This document shows positions 14,821 through 25,482 of a stretch of 64,000 bases of DNA, in pieces (position 1 is the first letter of the stretch; each line of letters starts with the position of its first letter). The stretch lies in contig OX597823.1 of assembly GCA_951406725.2 (NCBI GenBank), positions 69,564,001 through 69,628,000 on the forward strand, in the 5' to 3' direction. A model generated the notes under the pieces. The model was not told the DNA's origin, ran no database searches, and worked only from the letters and a program-made list of their open reading frames with translations. The translations under genes were made by a program, and so were the position numbers. Source of the stretch: Octopus vulgaris (Eukaryota).

Positions 14821-15748
14821 AAAGGGAAAAATAAGTAGGATTTGGATGATTGCTGTACACCAAAGATTCTAAGTTCTTCAAATTTTTCTCTAAGCTGTAG
14901 AAGAAAAAACAATAACCTAGCGGTACATGTTAGTGACTATCAGAGACAAGGGAAGACATCAATAAATTTCTAAAGTAAATTTGTATGCTATAGGAAAGTC
15001 AATCCCAATTTTTGTAGTTGGCAAGAGATAATTATGAACATCATATTTGACTTTTCAAAATTCGTCATCGCAAAATACTCAATTACACAGATATACAAGC
15101 ATGCACGCGTACATAAATATGTTTCCATAGTCCTCTCTCAACACCCATTCCTATAACATGAAAAAAAAAAAAACAGCCAAATTTTTAGTGATTTTCTGTG
15201 ATCAAAACCAACGACTCATTGAAAGCAAAAGCCGCGAGATATTTAATCAAAACAACCATCCCAAAAGTCAATTTGTCTGTTTCATTCTTCAACAAACAGC
15301 AGACACTTATTTAAACACACGCACACTCACACACACGCACGCACACATACACACATACACACGCATATATTGAAATCAAAATACAGCGGGACATACGCAA
15401 CAAATATATCGCTGAAACAAAAGAATCTTCGTAAAAATCAACCTTTCCAAGAAATCATTTGTCGTCTGCTTAATCAATGATCACGCTCCCAGATACAACT
15501 ACTACACATACAGACATACTTACATACATGAATGTACAGAGTCAAAACAACAAACAGGTAGATATACTATTTAATTGACCACTCCCGAAATTCACTGATT
15601 CTTCGTCCAGCCCCAGATTCAGGTAAACAATTTTTTTTTAATAATATTTTATTTTCTAACATTCTCCAACAAACAGCTGACAATTTTCACACACACACAC
15701 ACACAAACACACACACATGGACAAACACACTCACACACACATACACAC

Positions 15749-15801
<53 letters not shown>

Positions 15802-15959
15802 GGTCCCTACTGCATACAGTAATCTGCACTTATGGAAATATTCTATGGAGAGGTAAAGTTAAGTAGAAAATAATAAACAATATTGCACCAACTTCGTACA
15901 CATACATACATACATAATACTTATATATATATATATATATACATACACACACACACCCC

Positions 15960-15996
<37 letters not shown>

Positions 15997-16002
<6 letters not shown>

Positions 16003-16840
16003 GGAGTCAAACGCAGGTGTTATTCAGATCATTTATACTTCCAAGATATGTTTCCAAGAAAGCATCGAGATTATACCGGAGGGAATAAAAATGATGTAAA
16101 ACAATGCAATCAACGTGTCAGGGAAAAAAAGAGAAGTAAAATACATCAATAAGCCATCTTAACCGAATGTGATAACCGCGTATGCGCTGAAGGAAAACGC
16201 TAGCAAGTTACTTTTTTAGAAACCGTTAATAGATTTAACGTGAAAGGTAATTTAGAGAAAGAGGAGAAATAAAATAACAGAAAGTTAAGAGTGGAAATTT
16301 ATATAGTGTGATAGATGAATGGGAATAAAGTTTAAAAGCGTGAAAATAGATATATTTAGTAGAAATGAAATGTAAGAAGACAGTTAAAGGTCGAATTTTA
16401 TAGACTGGTAGAAATTATTAAAGGAACTAAAGGTATGTTTGTGGCAATGTTTACGACGATAAACACGCTCCTTAAACGTGTTTACCAGAGTATTCACAGA
16501 GACAAGGCTGAGAAACTGTTCTTCGTTACCAAGTGGATAAAAAGATTTACCTTTGTCATATGGGAAGGATCTAGATAGAATTTTCCATTCGAAATCTAGA
16601 TGGAATTTTCCATTCCAAATTGAATTGTTTATTATGTTCCTTTAGAGACCAAATTAATTTACTAAGCCCAGTATTGTTGCGTTTATTGAGTTGTCTAAAT
16701 GTAGAGTAATAGTTAGATATTCTTTTCGACAACGGAGGTGATGAGCTACCTATATTAAAAAAAAAGACATCAGAACCGGAAGTAATTTTACATTGATAAG
16801 CAGAGTTTCTAGTCTTAGAACTACTGCTAAGGAAACGAAT
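15997..16840 (-). mobile_element. Penelope-like element 3' remnant (GIY-YIG endonuclease plus pLTR), same family as 23161-23910
   Basis: Minus translation AYQCKIT...NIGSS...KRISNYYSTFRQLNKRNNTGLSKLIWSLKEHNKQFNLEWKI...PYDKGK. The 3' region aligns to 23620-23755 and carries a decayed HHR (ctgacac...gaaacatatctt). Confidence 0.85.
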
Positions 16841-17379
16841 ACAATTCTAATTTATATCAGAAATATCAATATTGTTGTTATTATTGTTCAAAGAATGGTT
16901 AGCGTTAATGGTATTACTGTTATTATTTTCATTAAGTGGATTTGTATTTAACAACTTATTCTTATGCAAAGATATAATATATATATATATATATTACAAA
17001 TCTACTCACAACGCTTTCCTCAGTCTGGAGCTGTAGTTGAAGACCCTTACCCAAGGTTTCACGTCGTGGCATTGAACACGTATCTATGTGGTCGGGCAGG
17101 AAAACTCCAACCTCACACCCACATACGAACATTCAAAGAAAGATAGGAGAGTGACATAGGGAGATGCATATGTGTGGAGGAGGGTAGAAATTTGCTTCTC
17201 AACCACATGGTTCCAAGTTCAGTCCCAGAACTAGGCTCCACGCTGAGGAAAGCATTGCGAATGAATTTGCTAGGCGAAAATTAAAAGAAAAACAATAAAC
17301 ACACATATCACTCTCTGGTACTCTCTTTGTCTGTGTATGTATGTGTGTATGTACGTATATGTGTGTGCGTGTGTGTGTA

Positions 17380-17800
17380 TTCGGGTGTCCCATAAATAAT
17401 GCGGTTTTTATACTTTTATATTCAAAATTACTATAAAGAAAGTTTTTTTGTTAGTCTAAAATATACTCTCCATCTTCTACACTGCCCTTCGATCTATCTG
17501 GTAGATTTGCAAGTTCCGTCTTCCAAAATTCACTAGTATATGGCGAAAAATAAATACTCCTCCAGTACTGTACTGACCTCGTCTACAGAGTTCATATTTT
17601 TTTCGTCTAAATGATTTTGGAGACTGCGGAATAAATGATAATCAGATGGGGTAGTGTCCGGCGAATATAGTGGTTGGGGCATAGTTTTCCATTGAAACTG
17701 CACCAGCGTTTCGCATGTCATCTTCCCTGAATGTAGTTGAACATTGTTCTGATGAAAGAACATCTTTCGTCTTGAACCCAATGCTGGCCGTTTTTTATAA
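17380..17800 (-). mobile_element. mariner transposon 3' remnant with TIR
   Basis: ORF 17533-17781 contains FHQNN...YSPDTTPSDYHLFRSLQNHL (DD34D C-terminal motif). TA followed by ttcgggtgtcccataaataatgcg is TIR-like. Confidence 0.9.
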
Positions 17801-17806
17801 CTCTTT

Positions 17807-18287
17807 GTAGCTGCACGACAACGTGAAGTATATTTCCCACTTAAATGTGGCTAACCACTAAGGGTGGATGCTACTGTAGCTTGTAGCCCCAGGAGAACAT
17901 CTTCTCCAGCTGGCTATTGACACAATGTCTGTACCCTATTATTATTTGCAAAGGGAAGTCATCCTTCCCATCGTCGAACTGACGTGATACGCACGTACCC
18001 GAGTTTCTGGGTATTTACCCGTCGTCAGTGAGCGACAATCACCAGTCTTCCATGCGAAGGGGTCCCAATGCAAACACATGTATCCTTTTTCCAGAGACGA
18101 AAAGTCACTGATCTCGAAAAAGTGTAAACAAGCAATAATAAATCTCTGAACGAGGTATAAACAGTAGCTGCACGATAACGTGAAGTATATTTGCCATTTA
18201 AATGTTAGATGTCCTCCTGGGGCTACAAGTTACAGTAGCATCACCCTTAGTGGTTAGCCACATTTAAGTGGCAAATATACTTCACAT
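17807..18287 (-). mobile_element. Non-coding HHR-bearing element (retrozyme/PLE pLTR-like): 357-bp unit, 43-bp direct repeat and about 80-bp inverted repeat
   Basis: 17807-17848 is repeated at 18164-18205. 17823-17902 is inverted at 18207-18285. A second copy of the same segment lies at 61968-62064. Confidence 0.8.
17990..18034 (-). ncRNA. Type I hammerhead ribozyme motif
   Basis: Minus strand: cgctca CTGACGA c gggta-aa-taccc a GAAAC tcgg GTA cgtgcg. Core is intact, stem III near-palindromic, stem I imperfect. Confidence 0.65.
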
Positions 18288-19657
18288 TCTTTATACTCCT
18301 AACCCAGATTTCGCCGAAATCAACTTTACCTTTCATCCGGATTTAATTAACTGAGCTCTCCTCAGAGCGTTACGGTCTTGTGTCGTTATTAGTAATTATT
18401 TTTGTTTACATTATTTGAGAAGCATGGCAGAAACTTTAGGGTGATGGGCAAATGCTTTGTGCTAGTTAGTTAGGTTTTCTTTATTATGTTCTGAGTTATA
18501 GATCTCGTTATTATTACCCACTGTCAAATATTAGGGCTAGTTATAATTAACTATTCTCCTCCAACTAATGCCTTCTGACCCATGTTAACGTTACAATTTA
18601 TTAATGTAATTTACAGTTTTAGGTTTCAAGTACATTTATACAAATACTTTCTGCATTTATGAGCGAATTACTTTTAACAACCACTTAATCTAAGAATGTT
18701 TGGTATATACATTGTATTTTTCTCCTAATATCTCTCTTTGGTCTTATATTTAAGAAGTGCTTAACACCACATTACCTTTTTTCCAGGTGTTTATGAAAAC
18801 ATAAAGAGAGATCCTTGCAGTGTTCACACATGTAGAGTCTATTACATCGGTAACATTATTACATAAAAGCAGTTTGTCGCTTGAGACACTTGATACTTTG
18901 CAATCTTTTCTTCTACTTGATCTTAATGCTAGTGTTCCCATATACTAATGTATAAATGATTTCACGTTCTTGTCATGTTTCCAGAAGAATATGAAGTCTC
19001 TTTCTTTCGTCTAATAATTATACAGGAGGACAGAATGTTTCATATTCCTTTACACTGGGCGGTTGGTGTTCACAACTATTATTTCACAAGTCTTTTTGTT
19101 TGTTATCTTTCGTTTTTTTTTTGTGCACCATTACTGAACAACTCTGTGGGCCTCGGGTACGTAAATACTTTGGTTTCAAGATGTTTCATAACTTTCAATA
19201 AACACTATATAATATTATTCAATGCAATGTAGCGCTATTTCCTTTCTACTGTGCATGTGCGTAATACTGACGTCTTACGTTAGATATTTGTCTGCATCTA
19301 GTATAATCATTTCCGGGAAATCTGTTATTACAATGTCTGTTTCTGTTTTCACTCGTCAAATTCTGAATATTACTAATTGAATTTTGATGAGCTTCTCTAC
19401 TTCCATTACAGGTATATTGTCGTTTGTAGAAACGGAAGACTATGTTTGCAGTTCTTGATCGAATCGGTTAGACTTAGAGTTGTACGATGCATAAACACAG
19501 CCTAGGTGATAAGCACTTTCCATTGTGCGGGTGAACCCTTCTTATTTGTATGTTTTGTGTACTGATTTCAAGACCGTCTAAACGTATATTGTGCATTTAC
19601 CTATTCTTGTTTAACACATGTACGCACATACATGCGCTCACATACACACACATGTAG

Positions 19658-19776
19658 ATACATACATACATACATACATACATACATTCATGCATAGATG
19701 CATCCATACATACATACATACATACATACATACATACATACATACATACATACATACATACATACATACATACATA
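19658..19776. repeat. (ATAC)n microsatellite
   Basis: Direct inspection. Confidence 0.95.
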
Positions 19777-19829
19777 CTAACACTGGCCCAAATAAGTTTA
19801 AGATTGATGATGACAGTTCTATTTCGACT

Positions 19830-20312
19830 TTTTTCTTTATGGGTCGATGGAATATATATTACTTGAGCGTTGGGGTTGATATAATAAACTAGACCCCTTC
19901 CCCAAATATTTCAGACGAGTGCCTATAATAGAAAGCAAGGCGGCGAACTGGCAGAATCGTTTCCACGCCGGACGAAATGCTTAGCGGTATTTCGTCTGCT
20001 GTTACGTTCTGAGTTCAAATTCCGCCGAGGTCGACTTTGCCTTTCAACCTTTCGGGTCGATTAAATAAGTACCAGTTATGCACTGGGGTCGATATAATCG
20101 ACTTAATCCGTTTGTCTGTCCTTGTTTGTCCCTTCTGTGTTTAGCCCCTTGTGTGTAGTAAACAAATAGGTATGTCCTCAGCTGCTACGTGCTCAGTTCT
20201 GAGTTCCGCCGAAGTCGACTTTGCTTTTCATCCTTTCGTACCAGTTTCACACTGTAATCAACTGTTCTCCTCTCACCAAATTTCAGGCCTTGTGCCTATA
20301 GTAGAAAGGATT
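19830..20312 (+). mobile_element. Nested/tandem SINE family A copies
   Basis: Partial copy, then a full copy at 19939-20168 (tail 1), then the remainder of a copy ending in tail 2 (aatttcaggccttgtgcctatagtagaaagg). Confidence 0.9.
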
Positions 20313-20335
20313 ATTATAATTATTTTATTGTATTA

Positions 20336-20491
20336 GCACAGCGTCTAACGCTGGAGATGTACTAGGGTGTCAGCTGTTCACTTACCAGTGAACTAAGGTA
20401 ACACCCATTATTTTTCGAGCACCATCCGGGGTATTGCAGCGGTTCCAAGCAGTCCTGTTTTCTGCAAGTGGTCCATCCTTACTGCAGCCCC
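20336..20491 (-). mobile_element. 3' end of R4/Dong-like (restriction-like endonuclease) LINE within a TAA repeat
   Basis: Minus translation MDHLQKTGLLGTAAIPRMVL resembles the LQKxxLLGTAxILRxVL C-terminus of R4-type elements. Flanked by (TAA)n. Confidence 0.7.
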
Positions 20492-20528
<37 letters not shown>

Positions 20529-20629
20529 ATTATTAATATTATTATTAATATTATTAATATCATTATTATTTTTATTAATATTATTATTATTATTATTAAT
20601 ATTATTAATATCATTATTATTTTTATTAA

Positions 20630-20668
<39 letters not shown>

Positions 20669-20960
20669 CATTGTTATTATAATTATTATTATTAATATTA
20701 TTAATATTATTATTATCATTATTATTCTTATAAATATTATTATCATCATCACTATTATTATCATTATTATTATTATTATTATTATCATCATCATCATCAT
20801 TAATATTATTATTATTATTATCATCATCATTATTATTATCATTATTATTATTATTATTAATATTATTATTATTATCATCATCATTATTATTATCATTATT
20901 ATTATTATTATTAATATTATTATTATTATCATCATCATCATCATTATTATTGTTATTATC
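20492..20960. repeat. Compound (ATT/ATC/AAT)n array, about 470 bp
   Basis: Direct inspection; higher-order repeated blocks are visible. Confidence 0.97.
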
Positions 20961-20961
20961 A

Positions 20962-21172
20962 AGGCGACGAGCTGACAGAATTGTTAGTACGTCGGTCAAA
21001 ATAATTAGCGGCAGTTCACCCGTCTTTACTTCCTGAGTTCAAATTTCACTGAGGTCGACTTTGCCTTTCATCCTTTCGAAGTCAATAAAATAAGTACCTG
21101 GGGTGCACTGGGGTTGATGTAACTGACCTGCCTCCTATGAAAACTTACTGACCTTGTGCCAAAATTTGAAAT
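20962..21172 (+). mobile_element. SINE family A (tail type 3)
   Basis: Family A head/body; tail ccttgtgccaaaatttgaaa. Confidence 0.85.
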
Positions 21173-21417
21173 GAATATCATCATCGTCGTTACTATCTTT
21201 ATTGATGCTGTTGTTGGTATTAATATTTTTGCTATTATTAAAAATAATCCTATTGTTGTTATTCTAATTTGTTTACTTTTTTATAATACTTATTATTCTC
21301 CGTTTATTCATGAACATTCAAAGAATGCAAAGATGTGTTCTTAAAAATTTCTTTCATTCATTTCCTTGCAAATGTCTTAATGCTGTCAATGTAGGCATAA
21401 TTATTTTTATCGTGTAA

Positions 21418-21800
21418 CTAGCAGTATCGCCCGGCGTTGCTCAGGTTTGTAAGGGAAATAACTATAAAGTATTTTTAGAGAGTTATAGCCAAAAAATAGC
21501 AAAAAAATGGAAAAAAATGATGGTAAATTTTTTTTGAGATTTAAAAAAGGTGGAGTTGCGTCCCCTAGACAGTTTGTGGTTCGTGTTTCTGATTCTCGAC
21601 CCCATGTCGAATTTATCGATTTTTTCAGAACTGGGGGAACTTTTCAAAATTTTCGCTGCGTTAGTTTTGAATTATGACATTGGGCTATGTGTGTGTCAAG
21701 TTTCATCAGAATCGGTTGAAAGCCGTGGTCAGGGTGAGGGTACAACCTGACAGACACACAGAAACACGCACAGACAAACTGCCGTTTATATATAGAGAGA
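21418..21800 (-). mobile_element. Non-autonomous Helitron
   Basis: Minus strand starts a|TCtctctatatataaacgg and ends CTAG|t, with a subterminal GC hairpin (cccggcgttgctcagg). Inserted between A and T with no TSD; internal acagac repeats. Confidence 0.85.
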
Positions 21801-22119
21801 TAACTTTGATATTTGTTAAATATATTTTCTTTATTACATAATTCCAGAATTATATTTATGGAAACGCAAAGACACACGCGCACACATATATGTATATATA
21901 TATATACATATAAATGTACATGTACTCAAATATGCATATGTGTGGGCATAGGTGTGCATGTATGTGTGTACACATGATATATATATATATAAACACGTGT
22001 GTGGGAGGAAGACAGAGAAACTGTGAATATGATTGAGTGAAAGAAATTATTTTATTACTGGTTATTTGTGTTATGTATATATTTTAGATGAAGTGGTTTC
22101 GTTTCTGAGAATATTCGTG

Positions 22120-22470
22120 TGATGTGGTTAAGAAGCTTACTTTACAACAACATGGTATCGGATTCAGTCCCACTGCGCAGTACTTTGAGCATGTGTCTCC
22201 TGCTATATCTCCTGTGCAGACCCGTCGTATAGGAGTGTTTGTGTATGTGTATCTGTAACTTTGTGTTTATACTGGGATTGCCCCTCAAGGCTTGACATCA
22301 GATATTGGCTTACTTGCCTGCCCCTAACTTAGCAGTTCAGTAAGAGACCAAGAGCTTAATTAGCAGACTTAAGAGTATTTACGGGAGATATTTTTTCGAT
22401 TAAACTTTCCTAGCTGCGTCACAGCATGACCGTGAAGGAATCAGTGTTACACGGAAAAAGGATAAAGAAA
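22120..22470 (+). mobile_element. Degenerate SINE family B
   Basis: gtggttaagaagcttac...ttcagtcccactgcg...taacttagcagttc...cagcatgacc. Confidence 0.75.
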
Positions 22471-22547
22471 CAAAATTGATACCTCAAGAAAAGTCTGGTA
22501 TAATTCAATCTCAAATTTGTCAGAGCAACACACAAACACACACGTGC

Positions 22548-22621
<74 letters not shown>

Positions 22622-23099
22622 TCTTGAGCAGACGTGATTCTCTATGACCTCGGATCAGCCCATATAACGAGATTAGGATTGGCTGCTCGGAAAAATGTAA
22701 GGTAGCACGTCGGATGGATTAGGCATGAAATTCAAGAAAGGTACGGCCTTGTCATTCTCTACATCAGGCTGATCTCGTTTCACCTTATTTTATGGATACA
22801 CGTGCCGTCGGAATGCTGAACCACTTTCACGTTAATTCAGGAACGAGGGAATGAAATACAAGTAAACAAATGAATCCAGCTGGTCATGCGTTCGTGTTTG
22901 CATGCGAATACTTATATGTATGTTTGTGTGTATGTATGTATATATATATATATATATATATACCACTATATTTTTTATGTTTTTCAATTACATAATACAG
23001 TGGATAATACAAAGTCACATATAAAAATATTCATACACATATAAGTACACATACATATATGAGTGTGTGAATATATATATATGTATATACATACCTCGA

Positions 23100-23160
<61 letters not shown>

Positions 23161-23163
<3 letters not shown>

Positions 23164-23910
23164 AGTAAATAAATGGAGTTTAACGCAGGTATAATTCAAA
23201 TACTTTCACTTCCGATACAGGGCTCAGTAAATTAATTTGGGATCTAAAAGACCACAATGAACAATTTAATTTAGAATGGTTGATTCTCTCAATCTCGATA
23301 TCTTATAACAAAGGCAAGGAATTCTGTCTTTTCTGTAATTCTGAATTATTTTTTATTATTTTTTCTAAAGATCTCCATGTAAACATTGGCAAAAACACAC
23401 CTTTAGTTCATATATGTAATATCTATCATTATATATAATTTAAACATTAATTTTCTTTTTATACTTAACAATCACTAAACAAATATATTTCCTCTTTCTA
23501 TAGGCTACTTCTGACGTTATATCATATAACGTTTTTTCATACAATGTTAATAGCATTCAGTAAATCAGAATACATATCCATCATTTTCTTTTAAAATGTC
23601 TTATTGACGTGTTTCATATTTTCACTTCCCTGAAGAGAAGATTACATTGTTTTAGACCATTTATTCTTTTGGAATAATATCTGTGAAATCTTCGAAACAT
23701 GTGTCGGAAGTAAAAGTATTTGAATTATACCTGCGTTAAACTCCATTTATTTATTTATATATTATACAAAAGATTCCACGGAGACCCGAAGTTTCTACCT
23801 TTAAAAACAAGGAGTTACAACCTCTATACTTGTGTGATTTTTTGCTACCCTGATAACTATTTATTTTTACCGTGTTAATTTTTAACAAGGGAAAATACAC
23901 TCATCTATTT
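23161..23910 (+). mobile_element. 5'-truncated Penelope-like element with inverted 5' pLTR piece
   Basis: From about 23217 translates TGLSKLIWDLKDHNEQFNLEWLIL...YNKGKEFCLFCNSELFFI (GIY-YIG C-terminus). 23161-23213 is the reverse complement of 23706-23758. Flanked by (TA)n. Confidence 0.9.
23624..23711 (+). ncRNA. Type I hammerhead ribozyme, canonical core
   Basis: Stem I acttcc/ggaagt; CTGAAGA (23630-23636); stem II gaagatt/aatcttc with a long loop; GAAAC atgt GTC (predicted cleavage after 23705); ACATGT palindrome in stem III. Confidence 0.85.
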
Positions 23911-23955
<45 letters not shown>

Positions 23956-24148
23956 CATATACTATATAATATATTTTTAATAATATCAGGAAATCAATAT
24001 CAGAAAATTCGTCAGAAAGCTATATACGTGTGTAGAATACTTGTTGTATTAAAAATATAAATATATATAAATATACGTAAATATGTATGAGTATAAATAT
24101 ATAATAATAATAATGACAGTTTAAAAGTTTCGAATTAAGTTTTTAAAG

Positions 24149-24240
24149 CAGCTTACGATCGCTTCACAGAAGTGTTGTCCCTATAATGGAATCCTATATT
24201 GATAAGCATTTATATACAACACTTCTGCTCCTCAGAGATA
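24149..24240 (-). ncRNA. Type I hammerhead motif in PLE 3' region, one core substitution
   Basis: Minus strand: CTGAGGA, 13-bp stem II gcagaagtgttgt/acaacacttctgt, then GAAG c gatc GTA (GAAA>GAAG) with a near-palindromic stem III. Confidence 0.75.
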
Positions 24241-25074
24241 TAAAATGTGAAATTTTTATAATTTATCGAATGGTAGATTTTTAAAATATGAAATAATATG
24301 GGAAAATGGTGTTTGTTTGCAATATAAATTAAAACTTACTGCTTTTGATTTTGGTAAGTACACTTTAGTATAAGAATCTTGAAATCCATATAGGCCTCCT
24401 TGGTAAATCTTCTGCAGTAATCCTAATATTTATGTATAAAATCCATTATATTGTCCTCTATTTCATAGACTTAGATAATATAAAATAAAATATATATGAA
24501 ATATGTGAGATTATAAAATTATAAATTGGTCAAAGTATTTCTTTTATAGTTTTATTTGAATAATTGGAAGATGCCACTATAAACATTTTAATTTTTTAAT
24601 TTAAGGCAAGTGTAACTTTCCATTTTTTTATAGATTAAATGTGCACGGGTTCTGATTCTAAGAATACCTATTCAATATTTATTTAATGTATAATATATGT
24701 CATGTAAATGTGCGTGTAGTCAAATAATTCTAATTAATTTATCTATCAATCTATTTGTAAGTATCACCTTATATTTTGATATCACAAAAAAAAACTATAT
24801 ATATAGTCACTAATTTAAATCCTTGTTAGATCTCCTATAATATTTCAAAGTTTTATAAAACCCATGTCTACATGTTGAAAGCACTTCTGATTGACAATTA
24901 ATAAGTTATGTTTATATAATAATATATATTGTGATTCCTTCATACAGAGACGGCAACTATGTGTGTATGGTATGGCTGAATCTATTATTGACCAATCTAA
25001 TCTGTAGTTAACTTTGTTTTTCTTAAGTTTATGTATATATGTAGCTAATGACGTGGTATTTTTTTCTTTGCCTT

Positions 25075-25482
25075 TAACCATCCAACGCGGAGTATAGGCC
25101 ACTTATAATTGAATTCCATGTCGCATAATTTTTCGCCGCTGTACTTATACTCTGCCATGAAAGTCCCCCTTTCTCTAATTCCTTTTGTGTTGCTCTACGC
25201 CTCCCTTTCTTTCTATATCCATCCGGATTCCACTGTGAAGCACTTTTCGCTATATTTGGTGTGTCTTTTCTAATTGTGCTACCAATCCACTTCCACTTTT
25301 TCTTAAATATTTACTCCCTAATCCAAACTTGATTTGTTCTTTGCCATAGCTCCATATTGCTTATGTGTTCGGGCCATCTTATTTTAAGTATACTACGCAA
25401 ACATCTGTTGGTGAATGATTGTATTTGCTTATTTGACTTAACTGTTATTCGCCATGTCTCAGCCCCATATGATAACACCGCT
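25075..25482 (-). mobile_element. 5'-truncated RTE-clade LINE nested in the PLE endonuclease
   Basis: VLSYGAETW...FTNRCLRSILKIRWPEHISNMELW...KWKWIG...QWNPDG.RKKGR is a typical RTE C-terminus. Confidence 0.85.

Noticed and set aside
17823-17910. HDV-like or twister ribozyme in the repeated 80-bp segment (ggctaa, gctacaagc words)
   Set aside because: The required pseudoknot pairings could not be built on either strand by eye.
20382-20999. 205-aa poly-Asn ORF and 184-aa poly-Ile ORF
   Set aside because: Trinucleotide array read-through; only the last ~27 codons of the poly-Ile frame are a real LINE remnant.
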